Part shown: positions 11,607 through 22,774 of the stretch, piece by piece | Numbering within the stretch: position 1 is the first letter of the stretch | Layout of the letters: each line of letters starts with the position of its first letter | From: Elsinoe ampelina | Taxonomy: Eukaryota | DNA length: 64,000 nucleotides | Assembly (NCBI GenBank): GCA_010093995.1 | Contig: ML992506.1 | Span: 1,355,617-1,419,616 of the forward strand | Direction: 5' to 3' | Translations under genes and position numbers: made by a program | Notes under the pieces: model-generated | Databases searched by the model: none | The model's input: only the letters and a program-made list of their open reading frames with translations | What the model was told of the DNA's origin: nothing

Positions 11607-14108
11607 AAGCGAGGCCTCGCCCGCTCGGGAGGTCATCTGCTCCCACCTTCGCTACATGTTCCGCTCGGTTGGACATATTGCCCCTGGTTGATCGTCGACG
11701 TGGGCACGTTTGGCTGGCAAGGCTGCGTTGTTGGGGGTGGCACACCTGTTCGTGAGCAACCCACGCAAAAGTGATCTTCTGTCCTGTCACATTCAGGTCC
11801 GGAGTGGGCGTTCAGGGTGGATGTGGGACATGCATACGGACCCGACGGAGTGGGTGTCGGGTTGGTCTAATGTCGGCTAGGATGGAGAAATTGATGGTTG
11901 GCGAACCTTTTCCTGCACATCACGAGGCGAGAGTTCGCGTATGGATAGAGAATTCGACGGGCAGGGTCCGGAAGAGGGACTCCGGCGGGGGCTGATGAAC
12001 GTGGTAAGGGACGAGACGGAAAAATAGAACATGCCACAGTGCGGCTGAAGCGACAGCTGACATTCTTTGCATCTGCGGCCGGATGAATCTGTCGTTTGAT
12101 GCAGGTGCTCGCCGCTTGTGGTGTCCCTTGCGACGCAAAATGGACGTTTGTGTGCCGGATAAATCCAAGGTGGAGATCCTCCGGGATGAGAATGGATAAT
12201 TTCGCACCTGCTTTTCTCTGGACAGTCGTGCGGCTGCAGCACGCCTATCGCGTACGCAGGTTTCGCAAGATTCGTCGGCGTCGTTTGCAGCTATTGTCAG
12301 TCTATCGTCTTATGATCAGCAACCTGCGCCGGCCGGGTGTCTATCAATCAAAACAACGTGTGCGTGCACCGGTACAGGGTCTGAAAGGGTGTTGATCAAT
12401 CCGCCACGAACGCATGCGGACAGAGTCTGGAGGCATAAAGCGTGGGGGTTTTGGCTGTCGCTTGTCTCCACTGACAGAGATGATCTCCCCAATCTTTTGG
12501 GTGGGAGAGGCTCCTTCCCGTTCCGGCGGGAGGAAATGTCGTTGGACAGATCCAACCGAAGCCACAGATTCATGCAAAAAAGAAAGATTGTCCGCGAGGT
12601 CGAAGGAGCCCCTGAGCTGCCAGGGAGTTGAGGTGAGAGTGTTTGGGCACTTTTGTGGAGAGAAGAATTGGAGCTGATCCGATCATCTCCAGAGTCTCCA
12701 CATCTCCGCATTGTCAACGAAGGACCGTTTGCGGAGCCGTGTGTGTCTGGCATATTGCCGTTGAAATCACAACATCTGTCAAGATTGGCCTCGTTTTGCA
12801 TGCAGTCACATGCAAGGAAGCCAAAGCTCACAGACTTCCCGCGGGGAACTCGCGGGCAAACAGTCCCGAAACACACCGGCGTCGCTCTGAGATGCAATCA
12901 ATGAAATTGCTAGAGATCGACCTGGCGCGTGACCCGAGTCATTGGAGTAGAGAAACCTGATCATCGGCGTCATGGATCTGTCTCTCCTTTCTGCGCATCT
13001 TGTGTGTCCTGCTTTAGCTCGTGCGCAGCCGGAGCAGACTTTGAAGGTGCCGGCGTCTCAGTCTAAGAAAAGCTCGATCAATCACAAACACGAGACTTTG
13101 ATGAGAATCTGCCCTCAAGCCGTTGGAGACCTGGATGGGTGGGTACACCTTGATTTTCCGCCAGGCCAGGTTCGTGGCTCGGCGGCTGCAGATTTCTGGA
13201 CAGGTGGGAACTCCAGGCTCTCCAGCCGTCGTTTTTGTGGAGCGAGGCCATGTGGCATTGATGGGCGGGGCACAAACCTTGTCGACGCCAGGAAAACGGC
13301 TCACTCCCTGGGGCTTCTGATAGAAGAGAGAGTCCGGCGTCATACAATTAGAAACTGTTTGACTTTAGGATCAGTGATGAATGGTGTTGGCAAACTTGGG
13401 AAGAATTAGAAGACCTGAATCGAATCGATCTCCAACCCATGGATCATAGAATGAGTGGCAGGGCGGACGAAGCACTCCGGATCGTCTGCCCTGGGTTTAA
13501 TTTCAGCCGACGTAGTTGTAGCCCAGGGTTGGAAGATTGACATGTTTGCCTGACTATCAAACATCCGGAGTCGTGAGAAGTCACGCGTCCACTGTCCAAA
13601 GAAATCATCGTTCTGCTCGAAACACGACTTTCATCTCGCATGGCAGATCTGTGGACCCCTCATGCAAAATTTGTGCTTAGCCGCTGATCCGGTCCGTTCT
13701 CGATAGCCGCGGACTGTCATGAGTGTTCACATGATTTAGCCGCCTCTAAGCAAAAGAGTCACGTTTCCTTTCCCGACCACGATTCGCATGCATCAAGGTT
13801 TGATCAAGGCATGGCCTCGGTCATCAGAGTAGACAAGACCGTACGTACCTGACAAGGCGCATGCTTTGTCGCCACAGGGCAGGCACATGACAATGACGGA
13901 AATTTGCACGATTTGTGCTTGTCGTGCAGGCCGACTGACAAGCCCACCAAGTCTCACCCAATTGTCTTGGACTCTTTCCGAGTGGAGATGCATCTCTCCG
14001 CGACACGTGCGGCAGACCAAGCGCACAGATTTGTCACTGATCATCAGTCAGGGTCCTGGGGAAGATTGTCGACGGTGGAGCTTGACAGGGCCAACCAACG
14101 TTGCATAC

Positions 14109-14445
14109 GGGAAATGCTATTTACCCCCCCGTTTTTTGCTAGATACCCCCCTCCAAGGCGCTACCACGCGGGAGCAGCCCGTAGCTCTAAACCTTAATCG
14201 AACTACTTAACAATCTACGTAGAATCTACTATTCTATAAGGACTAAATCCTTATAAAAAGGATATATGCTCTTACTCGCTACGCTCGTGCGAGCCGGACA
14301 GATCTTTAGCTAGGTCGCTCGCCGCTAAGCAGGTGTTAAGTTTATACCGTGAGTAGGGGCACGTAAAATAAGTTTAGCCTCCCGCGCACTAGCGCCTTGG
14401 GGGGGGGGTATCTAGCAAAAAACGGGGGGGTAAATAGCATTCCCC
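14109..14445. mobile_element. Non-autonomous MITE, Mutator (MULE)-like, 337 bp
   Basis: Terminal inverted repeats of about 55-66 bp (GGGAAATGCTATTTACCCCCCCGTTTTTTGCTAGATACCCC...CCAAGGCGCTA and its reverse complement). Flanked by the perfect 9-bp direct repeat GTTGCATAC at 14100-14108 and 14446-14454. TpA-rich interior with no coding capacity. Confidence 0.92.
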
Positions 14446-15293
14446 GTTGCATACCAGCGTGCTTTACGAGGAGAGTTTTCGTTATGCTTGCCGAGAGTGG
14501 GCATCATCCGAGCCGCGGCGAGCCACTGAGAGACGATGAAAGATGGACGACCCAGAGGCGTCCAGCAGATGACTTTGCTTCTCGGTCGGCCCGACAAACA
14601 AAAAGGCAAAACGGTGGTCAGCGGGGCAGAGCAAACCATGTGCTCGTTTTTGCCAGCAAACACTCTTGTCAGCCCAGCCTGACGGTGACACGAAACGCCG
14701 GCCAGCAATTTTGCGAGCTGTATCACATGTCGTCTCGTGTGGCCGAGTAGGGCCCAAAGCAAATTGGATTGTGCATGATATGGAAATTGAGGGGAGGGGG
14801 TTGCAGAAAGAAGAGGGCAATAGATTGCGCGGCGGGCTTCTGGAAGCTCAAGAACACAAACCGAACACAGACCTCGCAGGAGTCCTTGTTCGACCGAGTT
14901 GCCCAAAGCAGCACCCCTGGACGGGAGCCAAGGAGGGCCACACCGGGGCGCATGCTGTCACGAGATACGTCCCTTTAGTGATCCGCCGAGTGGGCATGGG
15001 TGATCGTCAACGAGCGCCCGACGAGCGCCGACGCGGGTTGCTTCTTGGGGCGGTCAATTGCCGAGGTGCAGGCCAGGTGCAGGTGCAGCTGTCTTTGGCG
15101 AAACGTGGGATTGAGAGTCGTGGACCGCCCCTGGTGGCGCTGGTAGCGTCATCGGCCCAGCCGTTGAAATGCGTTTTCTCCCTTTAGCCTTTGGTCCAGA
15201 TCGGAATGCGGACAGGTCATGCTCGAGAGTTGAGAGCCTCTCCCACGTCGCGTATCCTGGAGACTCTGAGTCGCCTTGGGTCGCCTTCCCACA

Positions 15294-15317
15294 GCAAACG
15301 CAAACGCAAACGCAAAC
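15294..15317 (+). repeat. (GCAAAC)4 microsatellite upstream of the DUF3295 gene
   Basis: Seen directly. Confidence 0.85.
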
Positions 15318-15812
15318 GCACACGGCATGCAACAAAACTGGCCCCGTCTCCCCATCAGCCTCGAACACGCCCAGTAGACACCTCTATTGGCACCCTTCCC
15401 GCCGTCCACGCGCGCAATCCCTTGCTCTCCTTCAATCCTCGACATTGAGAACAGCCTGCTTTCGACCATTGCTGTTCAGGAACAAAGACAGCACGCCCGA
15501 CACCTGACCGCCCACTTCCCCCATCGAACCAGACTTTAAGACGACCTACCCCAACCACGCCTCTACACCTCAGTCCACGAGTGTCCTTTCCGACAACGTC
15601 TACCGGTTCTTTTTTCCCTGTCTCCATGTCCCAAACCGCCTCATCGGCTTAGCACGCCTGGTCATCCTTCACACGGCCGACGCCTCGGGCTTTACCTTGT
15701 ACCCACCCGCAAGCCTTTGCGCAAAACAACGCGCGCACCAGCGGTCTTCACTCTTCCTTCACGCACATCCTCACTCTCACAACTGCGCGACGACGCAGCG
15801 AATATCGTCGAC

Positions 15813-17550
15813 ATGGTTTTCCGACCAGAGCATTCATTGTTGGAGCTGAATCTGGAGACGCTGCCGACGCTCGATACCAGGAATGTGGAGGATTTGTCCG
15901 GGCTATGGAGAGGTGAGCCAAACCTTGACTTCACCACGTGCAATACCCCTCTGACCATTTGTCTTTTTAGTATTTTCCAGTACCGCAAATGCACTCAAGG
16001 ACGGCAAGAGATTAGAAAACCTGAGTTGGCGCCTTTGGACTCGAGAAACGTTTTGCTGCGCCCCTGCTAGCACTGTCACCAAGAAATCAAGGTCCAGCAT
16101 ATCGTCGGCCCGTGGAGTGCCTCGCCGCCCGAGTAACATTCCTCGAGAACAACCGGAACTGGCAACGAGTCTCGATTCGGTGTCATCGTTGGACGACATT
16201 GATTCTGACGACGAAGCCGATCAATCCCCGCCAGCTCACGTTGTGCGACCAGAACTTGTCCGGCTAGAGTCGACTGACTCGAGAAGCCAGAAACACATCT
16301 CGTCTGGTGCCCTGGAGAAGATTGTCGTGGCGATTAAGCAAACAAAGACTCTTGAACCGATCGAGGATCTAGATTTGCCCGCGCTGTCCGGCTCGCCTGT
16401 CACATTTGGGAAAGAGCGAGAAGTATCGACTCAAATGACTGAGCCGCCCACGGCAGTCGCCCCGGTTCAAACACAGCTTCCCAGCCGCACTCTCAAGGTC
16501 GAATCGTCCAACTCCACCGTCTCTGCCAGCGGATCCGACGCCTCACCTAACGTGCCAGCATCTTCCGACAGTTCTTCCACTACCATGAGTACTCACGACG
16601 TCGTCCGGGGTTTCGTACCAGGCGGCGCTCCATCATCCTATCGCTCTCAGACACAACTCGCTACACAACCGACACCGATACTCAAGAACTCACCTCGCGC
16701 ATTGCCGTCACGACCAAAACAAAAGGGACCCATGTTTACGCTCGGCGGCTCGTCTGGAGAAGAAGAAAGCTCACTCGAGAGCCACCTCTACAAGAGCTCG
16801 ATAAGCTCTCTTTCAGAAGGACTTCACAAGCATGCTGGCAGAAAGCAAGCATCGTTCCGAGACGACAACCTCGTCAGCAAAATCCAGGACAGTCCAGTAT
16901 TCGAATCTGACGACGAAGATGACGACGAAGACGTATCAGAAGGCGTTATCGAAGACGATGAAGACTCTTCTGACTGGGAGGACGAGCTCGGCGACGACGA
17001 CCGCTCCGACACTGAGGACACTCCCCTGTTTCAACGCGTTGACTCTCGACCAAACCTTACCTCAAGGCGCTCTCTACTTACCTCTGCTTTCCACGAAGGC
17101 GATAGGGCAAAGGCACTACAGAATGCTGCCTCCCGATCTACACCAGCCATTCGTAGGACGCAGACTACTCCACCCGAAAGCACTTCCCGCGCTCAATCGC
17201 CCGCTCGCGCCATGAATGGTCCAGAAGGCTCGGCTGCAGGTGCACGACCTATTGCAATGAACGCAGCGGCCCTGCACCCACAGTTGGCGCTCTCTCCTCG
17301 CACTACCCGCCGCAACATGCTCTCCACCGAGCTCACCGAGTCACTTCGCAGGAACCTCCTCTGGGAACGCCAACACAAGAGCTCTCAGAACATTGCTGCT
17401 CTCAAGCGTCGACACACTTCTCACGATGTCAAGAACCTCAAGCAATACCCCGATCCTCAACCTCACATTTCCGCAAAGGAGAACGCGGACAAGTTCAACA
17501 ACGATTACTTTCATGCCGGTCTCGGCGAGTATCATTCAAAGGGATGGTAA
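15813..17550 (+). CDS. DUF1752 (AreA N-terminal-like) + DUF3295 domain protein, conserved fungal regulator
   Basis: ATG at 15813 gives MVFRPEHSLLELNL...DLSGLWR. Intron 15913-15970 then VFSSTANALKDGKRLENLSWRLW (DUF1752 signature RLENLSWR). C-terminal LFQRVDSRPNLTSRRSLLT, SPRTTRRNMLSTELTESLRRNLLWERQ and YHSKGW* match DUF3295. Confidence 0.88.
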
Positions 17551-18474
17551 TTAATTCACCAACGCATGCATTTCAGAGAAGGGTTTCTCGGACTGTAATT
17601 TTACCACTTTTGTTTCTAGCGTGGCGTTTTGACTACGCCATTCTCACGACCATTTCTGAACCTTAGGCGCTCGGCGGATCTTAATTTATGGAGTCAAAAA
17701 GGAATGGCCATTGGTGGAACGGTATGGGGGAATATGGGACTTTACACGATCATTCGCATTGATACCAGCTCGGTATGACATTAGTCTCGGGCATCGATTA
17801 TTCTCGCTGGATTGTACGATAACAACGGATGGGCTTGCGTTTCATCCAACAAAAGCAATCAATTGGAGGGGCGAGTCGCTATAGGAGGCATAACACACTT
17901 TCACGGACGCAAGCGCTTGTGAAGTGTGACGACCAGAAGCATCTGTACCATAGTGCGCGTCAAAAATGAAGAGAGCGGGTGCAAGCCTGCTCGCATTCCG
18001 TGTGCCTGGACTTTCTAGCGTTTCCACATTTGCCGTGTCAAGGTTTGACCATGATAAATGTTTGCCGGGCAATAGCTATCCGGAGCTAAAACCCTCAACG
18101 TGTCTTGCGGTCAGAGTCATACTGTAGGTAGTGTAGATTTCATCTTTGAACAGTATGATCAAGCAAGACGACAGAACGAGCAATCTTGACTCATCGCGAC
18201 TCAACAAGCGAACGAGACCTTCTCCGCAATCACAGCCCCATTTACTGTACGCGGCCGAGTCATCTGCCTCTTTGCAATATATATTGACACGTCTCACTGG
18301 CGCGGGTTGAATAGCAACTCGCATCCGTACCGTAAGCCACGAGAGCCACATCGGATCCACGACGTCGTGTTGAGCCGCTGACCGCAATACGCCTTGCTCA
18401 TTTGCCCGACACATCTCTCTCTCACCGTGTCCCCATTTCGCTCACGACTGCCTGCACTTGGGAGCTGCTCGGCC

Positions 18475-21400
18475 ATGTCTCAGCCAGCACACGAGCCAAA
18501 CGAGTCCGATATCAAAGACGCGGTGAAGAGCGCCACCCCTTCCGCCCCTCGTGCGAACAACGCTACGGGGAACAAGACCTGCAGATACTTTCTCTTCAAG
18601 TCTGGTCAGTAGCCCTGCCTCGCCCTTTTCTCCAGATTACCCAATCATGTCCGCGTCTTCTTCAGCACATTCATTCCGCCATCTCACTGGCTCGATCCGT
18701 CACATTCATGACTCTGTACCATTTTCGGCCACGCATGCCCCAGCTCTGCCTTGTACAGGCTGAACATATCATGTGGTCTTGCACCAACTCATCGCCAACC
18801 TTCGGGCGTGGGATGTACTCGTGACTTTTGCTTACTATACACAGGTTGTAAGGCAGGCGACAAATGCCCATACAAGCATGAGGTCAGCACACAGCAGGCA
18901 GGAGCAACGTCAGCTCGGAAAACAACAAATTTCACTGTGGCACCTGACAAGCATGTGTCACCTCGACGGCCCGGACAACGCCGCTATCAGGCTCCTGTAG
19001 TACCTGCCTCCAAAGTTGTCCCACGTCCCGTACCGACCGCTCAGCTCGAGGATCCACGAGAGTTCCAGCTCGGTCAGATACGAAGACGGTTCTCGCCGGC
19101 CGAGAAGGATGATCCTGCATCGGGGACATCATTCACGTTCAAGCTGGTACCTTCCGATCCTGATTTCCCGTATGAGATTGATGCATTGGAGTGCGTACTC
19201 CTTGTACCTCCTTCGTATCCCAAGGATGACTCCGTGAGACCACGGCTGAGGATCACGAACAAGGAGATGCGCCGAGGCTTTCAGATCAATGTCGAAAATG
19301 GCTTTGATGAGATCGCGGCTGCTTCGCCTACCGCTACGCTGTTGGGGCTTATGAATCGACTAGACAAAGCACTGGCTGATGCCTTGTCAAGACCCATGGC
19401 GGAGACTGTCAAGCTGTACAGGCATGCAGGCACCATCTCAACTGGGACCGGTGATGCTACCAAGACAGCCAGCGCTTCGGGCCCAAGCGCGACAGCTATG
19501 CCGTCTTCTGGTGTACCCATTCCCTCCCGACCAGCACCTGCCATCGTCGCTCAGCCAAGCTATTCCAGCGCAGAGAAGATCCAAGCAGGTCAAAAGCGAC
19601 AGGCAGACATTCGTCAGCTTGTTGCTAGACTGGGTAAGTCACCGGGCTTTCATCAAGCCAACGATGGAGTATCATTCACATTACCTCCTTCTGTGTTTAG
19701 AGTCCCTACGGCACCAGTCTCAATATCCAGAGCAACTTCACTCCAGCTCGTCGTACCGGAACTCTACAATCTAGTACACTGTCAGATCAGATTTGGTGAA
19801 GAGCGCACCGATGAGGTACAGAATGCGGAGGCCGCTTTCGAGGCCAGGACAAAGTCGAACAAGGATGGATCACTGCTGGCTCATGTCAACTACCTTTCGC
19901 AGAATTTGAAAAGCATGGCTGCACAGACACGTGCCACTGTTCAAGAGACTACCGCTTCAGCTGCCCAAGCACAGCCTCCACCCGAGACTGACCGCGCAAC
20001 CTTGCCAGACGAGCCTGTAGTGACACCAGCACCTGAACTTCAGAACACAGATAAACCCCATATTAAAGTCATTCCGCGGCCACTGGAGTGGACACAAGCG
20101 CAAACGCTGTCAAGCGATGAAGACTCCAGCGACCTCTCATACTCTGAGGACAGTGACTTTTCTGATGATGAAGACGTCAAGGAGGGCGTCGCAATCGCCT
20201 CCGCACCTGTGACAGGCACAGCGGAGAAAGGCATCATGCTGTCGTTCCCGAACCTGGAGCTACACGGTATTGAGCTACTTGAGCTTCAATCACTGAGCCT
20301 CACTGTCAAATGCGATCGATGTAAAGAGCTCAACGATTTTGAGCGCATCCGCAACAATTCCCAAGGCGACCACACAGGCATGAAAGAGCAGAATTGTAAA
20401 AAGTGTGGCAGTAGCCTCGCCGTCGGCTATCGCATGGATCTCATACATGTCAACTCGAGTAGAGCTGGCTATCTTGACCTAGACGGCTGCACCACTGTGG
20501 ATGTTTTGCCTAGCACATTCGTTCCTACCTGTTCAGAATGTTCTACCGCTTACACCACTCCTGGATGCATTTCAGTCAGGGGTGATAGCTCAATGGCAGT
20601 TTGCCGCGAATGCCATCGCAAGATGAGTGAGTGACCACGTTCTTGTCCGAAGGGCACGTCTAACAGTCTCAAGGCTTCCGCATTTATGAGGTCAAGTTCC
20701 TCATGGTCAGCGCTGCTGCTGAACGCGCGACTCAGGGGCCTATCAGAAGAAAGGTGCATATTCACTTTGCTTCACCGAAATCAACTTACCCCTGACGATC
20801 ACTAGGTCAAGGAAAACCTCGGTATTGTCGCTGGGCAAGAACTACCACGACGAGGCAAATGCCAACATTACTCCAAATCCTACCGCTGGTTCAGGTATTC
20901 GCGCATCAACGCCTCACTGATAACGACATGCTGACCGCTCCCTCCAGGTTCTCCTGCTGTTCAAAAGTATACCCGTGCGACAGGTATGTCCCTCTACGCT
21001 ACCCGAAAGAGGCAACCCGATCGGCCTTTGAAAAATGTTTCCTCTCACACACCGTCAGATGTCACGACAACGAAAACCCCAACCACACCCACGAGTTTGC
21101 AAACCGCATGATCTGGTACGTACCTGCTCTTCTTCCATGTACCGGACGGAAAACGTCAAAAAACAAAAACGACATCATCCCGACCCCCGGGCCCACATCC
21201 AAACCCCCCCCGACCTCAACTTCCCCGGATGCACGATCAGGAGATCGAAGCGATCATCCCTACAAGCGCAGATCCTCCCGCATTTCCGCATCCTGCCCCA
21301 GAGTCACGACTGACGTAGCCACCACGGCACTGCATGTCTTTATTGTGTATAGACCCGGCAACTGACATTTTCCCAGCGGCTACTGTACGTCCCCGCGATT

Positions 21401-22491
21401 GCCCGGCTCCCATATTTCCGGCCCATGTCCCCCGCTTCCTCCCCGGACTGGGATCAACAGGCAAGGTTTGCATGTATACTGATATGTCTCTCTCCAGGTT
21501 CTCGCGAGCAAAATTACCGTCCTGAAGACTGTGGCGTGTGTCATTCTGTGCTGATCGGCAAGAAAGGACACGGGTTTTGGGAGGGCGGGAAAGGTACGTC
21601 ACTGTTTATTTCCTTGAGATTTGCCTCCCCTGCAAAGGTTGTTGGTTATGTGTATGATTGTTCATCCCCGGGTTCTCCTCAGAAGGACCCGGCTTCACCC
21701 CTGCCGGACGACCTGCATTGCACATGGATGTCCGTTTCGGGGGAAGAGAGAACGCCTCCGACGCAGCTGAGGATGCAGCAGCAGTCGCGCGTCATCCTTC
21801 AACATCCCCCGTCACTAGTCTGACGTGTATCACCCGGTTTACGACGAGCGACATGCGTCTCTGCACATCAGTCGCCCTAAAGCTTGACACGAGACATCCT
21901 GTCATGTCTGCCCTCCTGGTCAATGTCTCACAATATCCAGCGCGACCAGGAAGCCACCCCACAACCACAATCCACCGCAAACAAACATGCACTCTCGCGA
22001 GTTTGAGCTTGAGCTTGAGCTTGAGCCTAAACTTGCTTCCAACCATCAAGCTCGCTCGCAGAAGAGGCGTGTGACGCACACTTTCTCCCCGGGGAACGGG
22101 GGTGGGGTTGCTTCCCCGCGTTTGAGGAATCCAAGTTTTTGCGGGGATGGTGGGGATGTCCGGTGGGGGGAACGGCTACAGCTCAACTTTTGGCACTCCA
22201 CTTCGGGACTGCGCGTACTGGAGAGGCCCTTTCTCAGCTGGATACCCTGGATGGTGGACTGGCGAGTGGCGGTAAAGGATGATGCGCGCGCTGAACGCTG
22301 CGGGGCTTTTGCTCAGCACGAGTGAGAGACTGGTAGCTGACTTGTTGGTCTAGGGACGAGGGATAAGACGAGGATGTCGCGCAAAGGTGAGTGTCTTGTC
22401 CCTTTATTAGTGTTCCATAGGATATGGATACTGAGCATTGGCAGATCCAAGAAAATATAAGCGCAGACCTGGTGGGAAGCCAAAGACGTAG
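18475..22491 (+). CDS. CCCH zinc finger + RWD/UBC-like + CHY-type zinc-finger protein (10 exons)
   Basis: Exons 18475-18604, 18845-20626, 20674-20753, 20806-20894, 20948-20983, 21059-21115, 21377-21384, 21498-21593, 22354-22386, 22445-22491. The spliced product has CRYFLFKSGCKAGDKCPYKH (CX8CX5CX3H), PSDPDFPY..LxVPxxYP, several CxxC pairs, CQHYSKSYRWFRFSCCSKVYPCDRCHD (CHY), NRMICGYCSREQ and GFWEGGKGTRDKTRMSRKDPRKYKRR. Confidence 0.85.
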
Positions 22492-22774
22492 TCTGGCTAG
22501 AGTCTGCGGAGCAGTTTATCTGCTAGAAACCACGACGCTACTTACGAATGGGTCAGGTGGTTGGCTGCACTGGTTGTGACAGAGGGTAAGCATACTACTC
22601 ACGACAGAGGATAAGCATATGAGCTTCTTACGGGTCATGATCGACGAGACGGTTGTAGTATATATACAATGCATTCAATGCGGTCTATATGGTCATAACA
22701 TCATATCTATCATCCTGTGCAACGTCTAGCGTGCGGAAATGTCAACCATCTCCGCCTCTCCAATTCAGCCCTGC

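Noticed and set aside
22002..22027. (TTGAGC)4 tandem repeat as a CRISPR-like or mobile feature
   Set aside because: A simple microsatellite without spacers, lying in a hairpin arm/loop of the long intron.
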